Below, piece by piece: positions 1 through 10,986 of a DNA stretch of 64,000 nt. The translations under genes were made by a program, and so were the position numbers. Under the pieces are notes generated by a model, which was given only the letters and a program-made list of their open reading frames with translations, was not told the DNA's origin and made no database searches. Numbering within the stretch: position 1 is the first letter of the stretch; each line of letters begins with the position of its first letter. Origin of the DNA: an uncultured virus (IMG/VR IMGVR_UViG_3300027963_000042) (Duplodnaviria > Heunggongvirae > Uroviricota > Caudoviricetes); IMG/VR virus record IMGVR_UViG_3300027963_000042, positions 62,001-126,000 of that record; one strand, written 5' to 3'.

Positions 1-72
1 AGCAAGCATCGTAAATCTGCTGCTTAATACCGAAGATACTTCGGATAGTGTATCCTTATTTAATAATTTCAT
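1..72 (-). CDS. 5' fragment of a hypothetical gene running off the window start (MKLLNKDTLSEVSSVLSSRFTMLA...)
   Basis: ATG at 72 on the minus strand, open to position 1; overlaps the end of 56..319 by 17 nt. Not in the ORF track. Confidence 0.5.
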   Translation of the reverse strand, partial: MKLLNKDTLSEVSSVLSSRFTMLA

Positions 73-319
73 ATATAACTTCTTTTTTCCATTTTAGACC
101 CATAGGATCCAGTTGTCCTTCCCCATATTTTTCTGCTAACGAATCAGAAAAGTACTTCTCTCTTTCCCTGCATTCTTCAAGTTCTTGAATTAATTCAGAA
201 GATCTGATCTCCATCTTCTTGATTGTTTCCTCTACTGTCATTATTTCCCCATGAATTCTGATAAACTCTTGGGAAATACTTAAAACATCTTCTTTTTCTT
301 TTTTAGTTAGTTCTGTCAT
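56..319 (-). CDS. Small acidic coiled-coil hypothetical protein
   Basis: 87 aa, E/K-rich heptads, A-rich leader; lies directly downstream of the fibre genes, so possibly a chaperone (inference). Confidence 0.6.
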   Translation of the reverse strand: MTELTKKEKEDVLSISQEFIRIHGEIMTVEETIKKMEIRSSELIQELEECREREKYFSDSLAEKYGEGQLDPMGLKWKKEVIYEIIK

Positions 320-348
320 TTTATTTTATTTTTTTAGCCCAATCCTGA

Positions 349-2097
349 TCATTTCCCTGTTTTTGATACAGTAGCAGTAGCAGCAGCACCAGAGGCAACA
401 TAAGTAGTAACTATACTTCCTACACTAGCATAATTAGTCAATGATATGTATCCGCTAATTCCATCACACGTTTTCCAAAATACCCTAGGATTTGCGTTAG
501 TTGTACTAGCTATGCCCAAAAAAGTTAAATCGACATATAAACACTCGGTAGGGTAAGCGTTCAAAGAAGGTTGGTATCTAAATCTCATGTAATACGGGAT
601 TGATGATATAGTGGATCCCCCGCCCTTAGCTGAATTGAAACTAAAGTAATTATATACTAATCCAGCTATTTTATATGATTGAGAATTACTAATATCATTC
701 AAGAATATTCTATATGTGTTGGTATATCCAGTATTATAAAGTCCATCCACATTTTGATCATATGAAGTAGGAATTCTAAGGAAAACCTCATTGGCAGCTG
801 GTAAGTTATATGAAGTAGGCGTAATTAACATCATATTGCTGTCCCAAAGAGAAACAGGAGTTAAATCCATTACGTTATAAACAGTTGCCGAAGTTGTCGT
901 GGTTGCTGCCAAATATCTTGCGCTCAGCGTAATAGTCGAAGATCTAACCTCCCTTACTCTCTTAACTGGATAAAGATAAGGACCTCCTGTAGCTCCAGCA
1001 GCCTGTCCCCCTGTAGATCCGAACGTGGTCTGTATATGTTTTCCAGAAGAAACCGACCCTCTAGCTTTAGCAGAGAATATTGGTGCGTTTTTAAGATCAA
1101 AAAATTCAAAAGCAGAATCCTGAGTGCTAGAAGCTAGAATTGATATCCCTGCTGTTGATGTAGATACCCCCGAAGGGTTATTCTTAGTAGCATCAAAAAC
1201 TGTTTGCCCGAGATAAGAGTAAGTATTAGACTGTACTTTTATAGGTATTCTTGAGGATAAAGTTGTAGAAGAAAGGGTTAGGTTAGAAGAAGCTATCGAA
1301 AGATTTCCTCCAACCCCGATAGTTGTATTTGAGTATAAATAAAAATTACCTGTTCCCCCTATATTAATATTCTGAACGGAGCTTATCTCTGCGTTATCCC
1401 CATATAATATAGATCTTGCGGTATATGAGTCTATAGTAATCCCATCTCTAGAAGATATCTCAAGATTGCCCGTAGAATAATATCTCAATGAAGCTGAATT
1501 ACCCCCTGTTCTCCAATAGAAACCAGGTACTCCCGTTGAGGTTGCTCCTGTTTTAGAGAAAGTTAATATAGGCCTGGTTATCTGATCTTCAGTAGAAATT
1601 AATAACTTGCTTCTATTTGGATTTATTCCTGTGATTGTGGTATAATCATCTCCTATAACTAAAGACGTGTTAAACGCACTTAAATTAGAATTTATGCCTA
1701 CCACATACTTGTCTGTTACCCCAGCAGGTCCTACTATACCTCCATATATGGAAAAGTACGTAGAAGTAAATAACGAATATCCTGTATATGACCAGGAACC
1801 TCCAGTACCTAAGGTGCTTATCTGATAGTCACTAGTATTAGAATCTATCCACATATCGAAAGCATTACCTGAGGTTGGCTGGTCATCCATCTTAGACCAA
1901 AGGGTACCTCTTAAACCAGTAGCTCCAGTAGCTCCTTTTTTTCCTGAAGGCCCAGCATATCCTGCTGGACCCTTAAGTCCTTGCTTCCCGTTAGGTCCAA
2001 CAGCAAAGGAAAGTATCTGGTCAAAATTATAATTGATCTTTCTTTTTATTACTGAAGCTGAATCACCAGCAAAAATATATTTAGTATTAAAGTGCAT
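349..2097 (-). CDS. Tail fibre-like protein with a short collagen-like segment (paralog 3)
   Basis: N-terminal GD...KINYNF motif, then G-X-Y triplets (GPNGKQGLKGPAGYAGPSGKKGATGATGLRG); S/T/G-rich beta body. Confidence 0.75.
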   Translation of the reverse strand: MHFNTKYIFAGDSASVIKRKINYNFDQILSFAVGPNGKQGLKGPAGYAGPSGKKGATGATGLRGTLWSKMDDQPTSGNAFDMWIDSNTSDYQISTLGTGGSWSYTGYSLFTSTYFSIYGGIVGPAGVTDKYVVGINSNLSAFNTSLVIGDDYTTITGINPNRSKLLISTEDQITRPILTFSKTGATSTGVPGFYWRTGGNSASLRYYSTGNLEISSRDGITIDSYTARSILYGDNAEISSVQNINIGGTGNFYLYSNTTIGVGGNLSIASSNLTLSSTTLSSRIPIKVQSNTYSYLGQTVFDATKNNPSGVSTSTAGISILASSTQDSAFEFFDLKNAPIFSAKARGSVSSGKHIQTTFGSTGGQAAGATGGPYLYPVKRVREVRSSTITLSARYLAATTTTSATVYNVMDLTPVSLWDSNMMLITPTSYNLPAANEVFLRIPTSYDQNVDGLYNTGYTNTYRIFLNDISNSQSYKIAGLVYNYFSFNSAKGGGSTISSIPYYMRFRYQPSLNAYPTECLYVDLTFLGIASTTNANPRVFWKTCDGISGYISLTNYASVGSIVTTYVASGAAATATVSKTGK

Positions 2098-2100
2098 ATT

Positions 2101-3822
2101 TTAAATTGCTATTGAATTTGCTGTGTACATTACCCCGCATTCATTTCCTACTATATTACCCCCATATGCGCTATAATAAACTTTGAACCATCTACGACTA
2201 GCAGAGGTAGCTCCAGTTCCCGCTATGTTCATTATGGTAAAATCTATGTGAGATGCTCCGACTCCATTGGTAGATGTTAAATCTATAGCTTGATATGAAC
2301 CATATGGGGCATACGGTGCGACTGTAAAAGTATTAGATGTATTTAATCCCAGAAATCTAATAAATTTGCTTTCTGAATCGGTCCTAACCCTGAAGTTGAT
2401 TGCCTCATGATCGTTAAGCATATTAAGCCATCCTCCATTATTATCAACGCCGCTTCCGCCTGTTGCAGGTGTCCATAAACAAATACCTACGCAGTTGCTA
2501 GAACCATATACAGAAGGACTAATAACAAAATCAGTTCCGTTATTACAGGTTATTCTTTGAGTGTATGTAGAAGGACTTCCTATATTAGTAGCAAAGATTG
2601 CTCCTGGTATTGCTGTAAACCACTGAACCGAAACAGTACCTCCGGTTAAATTGGTGTTTCCGGTTACCGTTGGAGTAACAGTTTGAGCAGGTTGTATCGA
2701 ATTAATCCTTTTGTTATACCAAACCTCTCCGTTAGCCTTAACATCAAATATAACTTCACTTGGTGTATAAGCTAAGAATAATCTCGAAACCCTGCTAGAT
2801 GCTACATTTGACTGGTATCTTAAATTTCCCTGATTTGATCTTGTGCTTTCTATCCAAAGCGGAGGGAGAGAACTATTTAACGGATTAGTAAAATCAAAAG
2901 CAATGGGCATTTCAAATACATTTAAAGCATTTAAAGCATTTAAAGAATAGCTTATGTTTCTATTAGATAGTAATAGTGCTCCCGATGCTGTATGATTTAG
3001 GATGAAATTACCGCTCGTTGTTACGGAAAGCCCTTGACTTCCTGTTAGGTTTAAATTAAAACCGGTAGATCTATATCTTGAATTATTACCTCCATTAGCA
3101 GTGGTCGAAAGCTTTAATTGGCCAAAGGGGATATCAAAAAATAACGAATCGCCATTTTTCCAAGAGAGCCCATATTTCAAAGATGTCGTTGCAGTCGTAG
3201 TCCAGTAAAATCTAGGGGTCTTTGTGTTAAATGATGTAGCTGTTGAATAGATACCCTTGGTAAATTCCATCAGATTTTTTCCAGTAGCTCCGCCGTTTAT
3301 TGCGATGACAGCCTTAGAATATTGTGGGTTTGCAATTCCAGTAGCACCTACTGATGATAATGAATTGTCGCTAAGTACTAACGTGTAGTTGTAGGGATTT
3401 GTTGAAGTTAATACGTATCCGTTATATGCTGAATTTCCTGCAGATGTTGGGATATTTGGATAAACCCTAAATAGGTCCTGTGAAAGCATTCCAAATCCAT
3501 ATTGGTTCCATCCCGAAGAAGAAAATTGATAAATCGGATTACCTAATCCTGTTCTTGTATTTAACCAGAAATCATTATTAATATAGCCAGTTAATCCAGG
3601 ATCAGTAGCTCCTATGGTCCAAATGCTACCCCTACTCCCCATGTCACCATAAGAACCAACTGGACCAGCTTGTCCCTGTATACCATCAGGTCCTTGCTGT
3701 CCTATCTTTCCGTAAGGCCCCCCTCCGAAAGTTAGAACATCAGAAAAATTAGAGTTGATCTTATCAACAAAAACTTTTTGATTGTCTCCTTCTTGTATTC
3801 TTAGTAATTTTAAATCTGGCAT
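2101..3822 (-). CDS. Tail fibre-like protein with a short collagen-like segment (paralog 2)
   Basis: GDNQKVFVDKINSNF followed by GPYGKIGQQGPDGIQGQAGPVG; same architecture as its neighbours. Confidence 0.75.
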   Translation of the reverse strand: MPDLKLLRIQEGDNQKVFVDKINSNFSDVLTFGGGPYGKIGQQGPDGIQGQAGPVGSYGDMGSRGSIWTIGATDPGLTGYINNDFWLNTRTGLGNPIYQFSSSGWNQYGFGMLSQDLFRVYPNIPTSAGNSAYNGYVLTSTNPYNYTLVLSDNSLSSVGATGIANPQYSKAVIAINGGATGKNLMEFTKGIYSTATSFNTKTPRFYWTTTATTSLKYGLSWKNGDSLFFDIPFGQLKLSTTANGGNNSRYRSTGFNLNLTGSQGLSVTTSGNFILNHTASGALLLSNRNISYSLNALNALNVFEMPIAFDFTNPLNSSLPPLWIESTRSNQGNLRYQSNVASSRVSRLFLAYTPSEVIFDVKANGEVWYNKRINSIQPAQTVTPTVTGNTNLTGGTVSVQWFTAIPGAIFATNIGSPSTYTQRITCNNGTDFVISPSVYGSSNCVGICLWTPATGGSGVDNNGGWLNMLNDHEAINFRVRTDSESKFIRFLGLNTSNTFTVAPYAPYGSYQAIDLTSTNGVGASHIDFTIMNIAGTGATSASRRWFKVYYSAYGGNIVGNECGVMYTANSIAI

Positions 3823-3851
3823 TTTTTCTACGGGATCTTAATAAGTTATTG

Positions 3852-3859
3852 TATATATC
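3852..3859 (-). promoter_or_regulatory. Putative late promoter GATATATA
   Basis: 29 nt upstream of the 3822 start; overlaps the stop codon of the upstream gene. Confidence 0.65.
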
Positions 3860-5411
3860 AATAAGTGAAAGATCCCCCGGAACCTCCAGTAGATCCTATG
3901 GCACCACTTGATGACCAAGGTGCATAAGCACGATAGTAAACCGTAGTAACCCCAGTTCCGGTAACCCCTCTGGCAATAGTAAGATCCACTGTTGGTGATA
4001 GGAATGGCAAGGTTACCTTGGTTACACAAGAAGCTGAAGCCCCCGTGCCCACACCTATAAACTTGAAACCTGAAGCTGATGTTGTTGGAGAATCTGAGCT
4101 ATTGTGAACTGTTATGTCAATCGATTCACCCATTTGAAGTCCTCCAGATCCGCCCCATCCTAAATTAGAGTCATTATATAGCCCAAGACCAACATGCTGT
4201 CCTGAAACTATAGCTGGATTTATTATCATGGTATTTCCGTTATTTAAAGGAGATCCTAGCGTTGCAGAAGTTCTAGAAATAAAATACCAATTTATTGCAG
4301 TAGCTCCGGAATAACCAACAGTTCTCACAGTAGTAGACGGATATGATATACCCTCGACTGTTTTATTCATTTTAAGCTTTCCCTTAGTTGAAAGCCAAAC
4401 TTGCTTTCCTGTAGAGTTCACTAGTTCCAAATGATAAACGCTTTGTGAAAGTGTACTATATGTGTCACCTATTCTGGTTGATCTAAATCCAGCTGTTCCG
4501 GATGGGGTTATCTGTGTGTGGGGAGATGCGGATGCTACTGTTGCTATTGATCTAATAGGATCAAGAAAGCCTCCGGATACCCCGGATATGTTAAGATACT
4601 TACTTGTTACATTAAGCTGCCCAGTTAAGTTGATATTATATCCACCTGTTGCATATATTCCTGATGTCGAGTCTACCCCGTAGTTTATATCGGTACCTTT
4701 TTGTGATTCCATTCTCAAAGATGAAAACCTTGATTCAAATCCTCCGGAGACACCAATATCTAAAGTACCCCCAGGGACTCTTATACCTAATGAATTGTCG
4801 GTTGGTATAGTAGAAGGCCAATAAAAAAATGGATGTTGTATATAATCGGTCACACTTCCATCTGCTACATCACTTCTAGAAAATTCTAAAAGGGGGGAAT
4901 CATTTACAGCTGAATCGTTGGAAATAGAGAATTTAGAAAGCAATTCATTTATAACACCATTCTCAGGGGTAACATCGCTTAGTATAAACAGATAGTTCTT
5001 AGGTAATGTCTGAGCCATTTGTATAGCAGCACCAGTTCCCCCATTATATGTAAAATCGTCTATTCTGAATAGATCTCCACCCGATCTTATATTATATCCC
5101 GTTGGGTTCCACCCAGTTAACTCGAGGGTGTATATGTTACTGGTTATCGAGTCTATCCAATAATCCCCCTCCTGAGCGGATCCAGCAGGAGCCAAGGAAG
5201 AAACAAACCATCTAGTTCCTCTCGCACCATCTAATCCAGTATGACCAAAAGTTCCAGAATCCCCTATTGCTCCTCTGTCACCAGTAGGACCTACCGTGCC
5301 TTGGCTTCCGCCATGTAGTTCCACAATTTCGTCGAAGTTATTATTCAGCTTATTTATTAGTTGACTTTGATCGTCGCTGTAGCTTAAGGCCTGTATATTA
5401 GTATTTGGCAT
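3858..5411 (-). CDS. Tail fibre-like protein with a short collagen-like segment (paralog 1)
   Basis: SDDQSQLINKLNNNF, then GSQGTVGPTGDRGAIGDSG, then GTRW and GDYW motifs resembling those in the paralogs. Confidence 0.75.
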   Translation of the reverse strand: MPNTNIQALSYSDDQSQLINKLNNNFDEIVELHGGSQGTVGPTGDRGAIGDSGTFGHTGLDGARGTRWFVSSLAPAGSAQEGDYWIDSITSNIYTLELTGWNPTGYNIRSGGDLFRIDDFTYNGGTGAAIQMAQTLPKNYLFILSDVTPENGVINELLSKFSISNDSAVNDSPLLEFSRSDVADGSVTDYIQHPFFYWPSTIPTDNSLGIRVPGGTLDIGVSGGFESRFSSLRMESQKGTDINYGVDSTSGIYATGGYNINLTGQLNVTSKYLNISGVSGGFLDPIRSIATVASASPHTQITPSGTAGFRSTRIGDTYSTLSQSVYHLELVNSTGKQVWLSTKGKLKMNKTVEGISYPSTTVRTVGYSGATAINWYFISRTSATLGSPLNNGNTMIINPAIVSGQHVGLGLYNDSNLGWGGSGGLQMGESIDITVHNSSDSPTTSASGFKFIGVGTGASASCVTKVTLPFLSPTVDLTIARGVTGTGVTTVYYRAYAPWSSSGAIGSTGGSGGSFTY

Positions 5412-5415
5412 TTTT

Positions 5416-8400
5416 TTATATCTTAGCTATTCTTATGTTAAACATTAAGGAGTAATAAAAACCAACTTCTGTTGGATATTCAAACTCGTATATTAAATTA
5501 GTAATCGGTGTTAGTTTATAGTTGTTATTTATAAAATATTCCAATTTATATCTATCGGTAGCAAATAGATCACCTCTAACTATTTCAAGGTTAGGTATTG
5601 TTGAGTTTGCGATTTTTTTAACGTAAAGATCAAATACATCCCCTCTGTATATAGGGGCAACGTTTAAATCTATATAAGTGTTGATATCGTCATTTATTGA
5701 TAAAGGATTGCCTACGCCAAACTGGGATATCATATTATCAATAAATACTTTTTTTACCCCCGAATTTAACAGGTATCTTCTGAGTATTCTATCTAATCTT
5801 ATTATACCTTTTATATTTCCCTGACCCGATCTATCTGAAAAATTCTGCCAAATAACTTCTGCGTTAGTGAATATTTTAAGATCTAGCTTATCGTAATCTA
5901 CTCCAGAAAGATATGGGCCAACAGATCCTATTCCAGTACCAGAATTGCTCCTAGTTATTTCTTGGACACTCTTAATATAGCTGTCTATAGTTTCGTTTAT
6001 AATTTTTACATTTTTGCTACCTGTAGTTCTGGAAATTTCAAGAGTTATGTAATTATTAGCCTGGATAGGGTCGGGTGTCTGCATAACTTTAGAACCAAAG
6101 AAAGTTTTATATTCTTTCATAGCTCTTGTTCCTGCAACAGGAGATCCTGAATTAGTACCAATGTATCTGTCATAATATCCAGCATCCCATGAAGAAGAGA
6201 ATATATTAAAATCTTTTTTTGCTATCGGGGTTAATCCTATTAATGGATAAACAGGCCCTTCCGGATACGAGCTTGCAGCAGCCAATATATTGGATCCCTC
6301 AGAAACTTTAGTATATCCTAGGTTTCTTGAAATACCGAAATACTCTTTATCTGGAGCAAAATTACAGTTTCTGAAAGAAAGATCTATCGAGCTCGATCCT
6401 ATTAATGTATCGGTTTTATCACGATCAAAATGTATAACCTTTCTGAATATAGGCTCATATTCTCCAGAATATCTCGTCAAAATCGAAGGTCTTGTTGGAT
6501 CTGGAGTTCTTATAGCATATCCTGTTTCTACCCTAGAACCCTTTAAAGTTTGTGGTCCATTGAAATCACGAGAAACCAAAGATCCGCTAGGTTTAGTTAT
6601 CCTGGTTGGTCTTTCGAAATAAAGTTCAAATTCGTCAAGGGTTAATATTGTTGAACTTGAATTAGAGTCCCATTCATGAGTTGAATATTTTATGAATGGA
6701 GAGCTTCTGTTGAATTTATCTGCAATATACGAAACAGAGCATCTTGAAAGTAATCCTTTATAATACCTAGATCCACCGCCTATTTGTATAACAGGCTTGC
6801 CCTTATATACAGAAGATGGTCCGATAGGAACTGTAACAGGATTGGCCGTCGAGAAAGGAATAGTAAATAAGTATGCTGATCCGGTAGCGACCTTACCGAA
6901 TTCTATAAAACTGGGGCCAACCCCGGTTGGCCATGGGTAAGTTGTAGACAGAGATGAAACAATAAAACTTCCATCCCCGGTAGAACTCGGTCCAGTAACG
7001 CCGTCCACATTGGGAACATATGTCGTATGTATTTCCTCTCTTAAATCTGTATCATAATCTGGGTTATTTATTATGTTTATTATCCCGGTTTTTCTAGCTG
7101 TATTAACAACGCTACCTGACGGTAGGGAAAGATCTAAAGCAGCACTTAATTTTATATTATCTATAGAACAGAACTTCTGTGAGGAAGCTAAAGGTGATCT
7201 TAGTTTCTCCTTGTCATTCAGTGTATAGAGTAGGGTGTAATCTAAAACTGGGCTTCCTCCCGTTCCTCCGGTATAGCCAAGATTAAATGTTTTTTGATCT
7301 TTTACAACAACATCGCAAACAAAAAGTATAAACTTCTGCTGGTCGTTTTCTATCACCTGATATTTAACAGGAGACTGTATAATTGTGGTATCTTCGGGTA
7401 TTGCCCTTAATATAGCAGAGAATTTATAATCCTCATAACCCCTATAGTATTTTATGTACCTGTCAGATTCAACAGATCCATCAAAAAAAGTATCTGATCT
7501 CTTTTTTAATACTATTTTACAACCTCTGAATATTGTCTCATAATATCCTGATGCTTCGCTATAAACAAGAGGAGTAAATAACTCCTTAGTATAGTATGCC
7601 GTATCTCTAAATTCTGAAGTATAGTCGGAAGGTTCGGGTGTAAAGTATGACGCTAAATATAAAGCATCATCGGGATCAGAGCTTTTGGCTTTATCTAAAT
7701 CTATTTTATAAGGTAGATAACTATTCTGATTGTTCATAAACTCCTTAGGAAAATCTCTAGGTGGTTGTTCTAATAGGAACCATTCATGCGTTAGATATTT
7801 AGGATCAGGAGTCGTTCTTTCAAAACTTGGTGAAAAGTTAGTAGGGGAGAAAGCCGGACTGCTGTTTAGCCTATACCTATTTCCTCTAGAATCTGTACCT
7901 AAAGAAGATCCCCATTTATTTATATATGGGACTATTCTTGATATATTAGCTCTTTGTGTTGTGTAATTCTCTCTTAAATATTCGTATTCAGTATTAAGCT
8001 TACCGTAATAAAATACCTCTTCCTTTGACGGATCTACGTTTTTAGGATCTAGTAGAATTCCCTGAATTCCTATAAACCCATTGAAAGTTTCTAAGTCTCC
8101 TGTGTATCCTATATTAGAATATGATGCAGAGTTATCAGAATATGTAACGTTAGAATATTGAGCGGGAAATACAACAACATTACCAGAGGAAGAAGTTCTC
8201 GACTGAAGAGTATTTAATACTGCAGATGATGTGCTGAGATTTAAGCTGGGGTCCGATACGGAGAACGAGGTATATCCAGTAGCCCCATAGAATAAATTTC
8301 CAGCATTATAAATATTGCCAGTCCCGCCATAGCTTATTTGGCCTCTTTTTACAAAGTATGGGATGCCTGGTTTTATTACATTATCTGTATCAGGATTTAT

Positions 8401-10962
8401 CTGAAAATACTTAGATGTCTCGGGGGTTGGTGAATAGCTATAATCAGAACTCCAGAAATCAAAATTGAATTCTTTTACATCAAAGAAAGTAAATACGCCT
8501 AAATTTAAAGAAGCAGAATCGTATACATTGAAAGATTGATCTGAGCCTAGATTTATCTGAGAATATATGTCTTGTAGATTTAATACAAGCTTATATTCAA
8601 AATCATTAAATCCTATAATCTTTCTTGTAACAGGATCAATTTTTGGATCATCGACATAGCCATTAACAGAATCTATCATAGAAAATCCAGCATCTGTTTT
8701 AATGTAGTATCCGGGTAAAACTTGATTTGAGTATTTACTATCGAAGATTATTCTATTATTTTTATTTACTGTTCCGCCGATAAAATTAGTATTCTTTTTT
8801 ATACCCGATGCGTCTGTTCCGTTAATCTTAACATATCCCGGATAATTAAATGTTGAATATTCTTCCCAACTGCTAGAAGCGTCAGGCGAATTTGTGAATT
8901 GCATACCCACTGTCGGACCAGTAGAACCTGCTATTGAATAATAGGTATTATTATAAAGAACTATGTCATCTGATACGTAATTTGTTATATTATCCCATGA
9001 TCCCTTATATTTTTGAATAAATTCTGGGTAGTTATCGAATATTGATATAGAGTAAGAGTTATTACCATATAATCCAGAATTCTTAACTCTAATAATAGAT
9101 GATTCGCCAGAATTACCATAATCCAGTGTTGAAGAATCTACATCGGAAAGAACCGACGAAAAAGCTAAAGCTATCTCATTGGTTGTACCACTAAAAGCAT
9201 TGAAATAATAGGAATTCCCCGTTGAATAATAAGATCCCCCTACCCATACCATCATCGAAGAATAATCAGCAGAGCTTATCAAATCATATCTTCTGGTTCC
9301 ATCTTTTCTAGATCCATTTGGCCAATATAATTTTAACGTTAAAGGTATATTATTATCATATGCCTTTAGAAATTCAATCTCCACATAAGCTTTACCTGCT
9401 TCTTTTGCTAGATCACCTTTGACAGTAACAAGTTTATCGTCACTTCCCGTGAAGTTCAGAAGATCTATCGTTTGATTTTGTATTACAAGTGATCCTGAGG
9501 TTGCTCCGGTTGAACCTGTTGCAGAGAATTCCCCAGTTGTATAATCAAAAGGTCCGTAAGAATACTTAGGCTCTGATCCTCCATATCCCCCGTAATCTTC
9601 AGTTCTTTTTAAGCTATAGAAACTATCATTTTTATCGGTTAAATAAAATAATTTATTAGGATCTAACAGATTAACATTATCTGATCCTGGTAAAAATCCA
9701 GTTGCATTTTCATAGAATAATCTAATACCCGAGGTAGCACCTATGTTATATGGTTCATTGTTATAGTAATATCCAACATTATCTCTCGAAGGTATCGGGG
9801 TGTTTTCATTTCCTGATAAATTTCTATACTCGTAGAAAAATTCCCCATTAGTTCTGATTGTTGCAATGTCATTTCGTGAAACATACATACCAACATATCT
9901 ATTTATAGTATACAAATCTGAATCTGCATCATCAAAGAAAAACTCAAGATTTAATAAATTGGGGCATACAATGCCATTTCTAGAAAATCCAGAAGTTATA
10001 TAATCCTCTAAATCAATCATAGGATCAGACTTAGCAGACGAAAGATATTGATTTAGTAGCTCGCCCTTTCTTGTATAGATCCCGTCTGATACGCTAATAC
10101 CTTTATAATAAGTATATGAATCATATCCCCAACTTACATCTAATGGAGAATTAGAAAAAAGTTTATTATTAAATATTGATCTTATGTATTTACCAATTTT
10201 TGTATTCTCTCTAAGATCAAAAGTTTTTATAGCGGTTGCGTTATTTAGTATCTTGTTTTTAAAAGTAGCGGATACATCATCTACGAGTGGAAGATTTTCA
10301 AGTTCAGCATAAACCGCAACCTTACCAGTACCACTTATTATACTATATGTTGAATTATTTGTGTTACCTTTAAAGATTTGTCCATCGTAATAATAAATAT
10401 CATCACCTGAAGTATTCTTACCGTATGTTATCTTAAATTCTGTTGAAGTGTCATAATCAGCAATCACCTTATACCTCTTAGTTGCATCTATTTGAGTAAC
10501 GTTTGCCGAATATGGATAGGACAAAGGATTATCGAGCTTGAATATAACGAAAAAATCAGGTATCTCATTCTTAATCCATATCGGTGCAAAGTAGCTAAAG
10601 TCCTCAGGATAATTTTTATCTATTAATGCTGAGGCACCACTTGCATAGAAGAAATCATACTGGTCAGAAAAATATTGTGCTGGTTCATTTTCACCATTTG
10701 TGAATTTACCAACTTGAAATATTATATCATTTGAAATTTTACCATTTGAAAAGAAAGTAGAGACATCGCTGGCGTATGAATTTTCTCCTGTTACTGTGTA
10801 CTTTTTAAATGCGTCGTTACTCAAAGTGTTGTTAACATCCATTGAATTAAACCAAACGCCACCCCCTGAATCTACTGAAATTTTAAAATTTCCAGTCAAT
10901 TTAGGATTTGTTCTAATAACAGAGAAAGAAGAGTTATAATCAAAAAGTCTGGATTGAGACAT
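5416..10962 (-). CDS. Large virion structural protein (baseplate/fibre-associated), 1848 aa
   Basis: Long N/S/T/Y-rich ORF in the tail operon; internal CBM-like motif YKGSWDNITNYVSDDIVLYNNTYY. Confidence 0.6.
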   Translation of the reverse strand: MSQSRLFDYNSSFSVIRTNPKLTGNFKISVDSGGGVWFNSMDVNNTLSNDAFKKYTVTGENSYASDVSTFFSNGKISNDIIFQVGKFTNGENEPAQYFSDQYDFFYASGASALIDKNYPEDFSYFAPIWIKNEIPDFFVIFKLDNPLSYPYSANVTQIDATKRYKVIADYDTSTEFKITYGKNTSGDDIYYYDGQIFKGNTNNSTYSIISGTGKVAVYAELENLPLVDDVSATFKNKILNNATAIKTFDLRENTKIGKYIRSIFNNKLFSNSPLDVSWGYDSYTYYKGISVSDGIYTRKGELLNQYLSSAKSDPMIDLEDYITSGFSRNGIVCPNLLNLEFFFDDADSDLYTINRYVGMYVSRNDIATIRTNGEFFYEYRNLSGNENTPIPSRDNVGYYYNNEPYNIGATSGIRLFYENATGFLPGSDNVNLLDPNKLFYLTDKNDSFYSLKRTEDYGGYGGSEPKYSYGPFDYTTGEFSATGSTGATSGSLVIQNQTIDLLNFTGSDDKLVTVKGDLAKEAGKAYVEIEFLKAYDNNIPLTLKLYWPNGSRKDGTRRYDLISSADYSSMMVWVGGSYYSTGNSYYFNAFSGTTNEIALAFSSVLSDVDSSTLDYGNSGESSIIRVKNSGLYGNNSYSISIFDNYPEFIQKYKGSWDNITNYVSDDIVLYNNTYYSIAGSTGPTVGMQFTNSPDASSSWEEYSTFNYPGYVKINGTDASGIKKNTNFIGGTVNKNNRIIFDSKYSNQVLPGYYIKTDAGFSMIDSVNGYVDDPKIDPVTRKIIGFNDFEYKLVLNLQDIYSQINLGSDQSFNVYDSASLNLGVFTFFDVKEFNFDFWSSDYSYSPTPETSKYFQINPDTDNVIKPGIPYFVKRGQISYGGTGNIYNAGNLFYGATGYTSFSVSDPSLNLSTSSAVLNTLQSRTSSSGNVVVFPAQYSNVTYSDNSASYSNIGYTGDLETFNGFIGIQGILLDPKNVDPSKEEVFYYGKLNTEYEYLRENYTTQRANISRIVPYINKWGSSLGTDSRGNRYRLNSSPAFSPTNFSPSFERTTPDPKYLTHEWFLLEQPPRDFPKEFMNNQNSYLPYKIDLDKAKSSDPDDALYLASYFTPEPSDYTSEFRDTAYYTKELFTPLVYSEASGYYETIFRGCKIVLKKRSDTFFDGSVESDRYIKYYRGYEDYKFSAILRAIPEDTTIIQSPVKYQVIENDQQKFILFVCDVVVKDQKTFNLGYTGGTGGSPVLDYTLLYTLNDKEKLRSPLASSQKFCSIDNIKLSAALDLSLPSGSVVNTARKTGIINIINNPDYDTDLREEIHTTYVPNVDGVTGPSSTGDGSFIVSSLSTTYPWPTGVGPSFIEFGKVATGSAYLFTIPFSTANPVTVPIGPSSVYKGKPVIQIGGGSRYYKGLLSRCSVSYIADKFNRSSPFIKYSTHEWDSNSSSTILTLDEFELYFERPTRITKPSGSLVSRDFNGPQTLKGSRVETGYAIRTPDPTRPSILTRYSGEYEPIFRKVIHFDRDKTDTLIGSSSIDLSFRNCNFAPDKEYFGISRNLGYTKVSEGSNILAAASSYPEGPVYPLIGLTPIAKKDFNIFSSSWDAGYYDRYIGTNSGSPVAGTRAMKEYKTFFGSKVMQTPDPIQANNYITLEISRTTGSKNVKIINETIDSYIKSVQEITRSNSGTGIGSVGPYLSGVDYDKLDLKIFTNAEVIWQNFSDRSGQGNIKGIIRLDRILRRYLLNSGVKKVFIDNMISQFGVGNPLSINDDINTYIDLNVAPIYRGDVFDLYVKKIANSTIPNLEIVRGDLFATDRYKLEYFINNNYKLTPITNLIYEFEYPTEVGFYYSLMFNIRIAKI

Positions 10963-10986
10963 ATTTTAAGCCCGTATTATGTTTTA

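Noticed and set aside
2919..2945. CATTTAAAG x3 as a phase-variable repeat
   Set aside because: The 9-bp unit keeps the frame (LNALNALN); a minor slippage duplication.
349..5411. Diversity-generating retroelement or invertible fibre cassette
   Set aside because: I saw no reverse transcriptase, recombinase, near-identical TR/VR pair or flanking inverted repeats; the paralogs are highly diverged.
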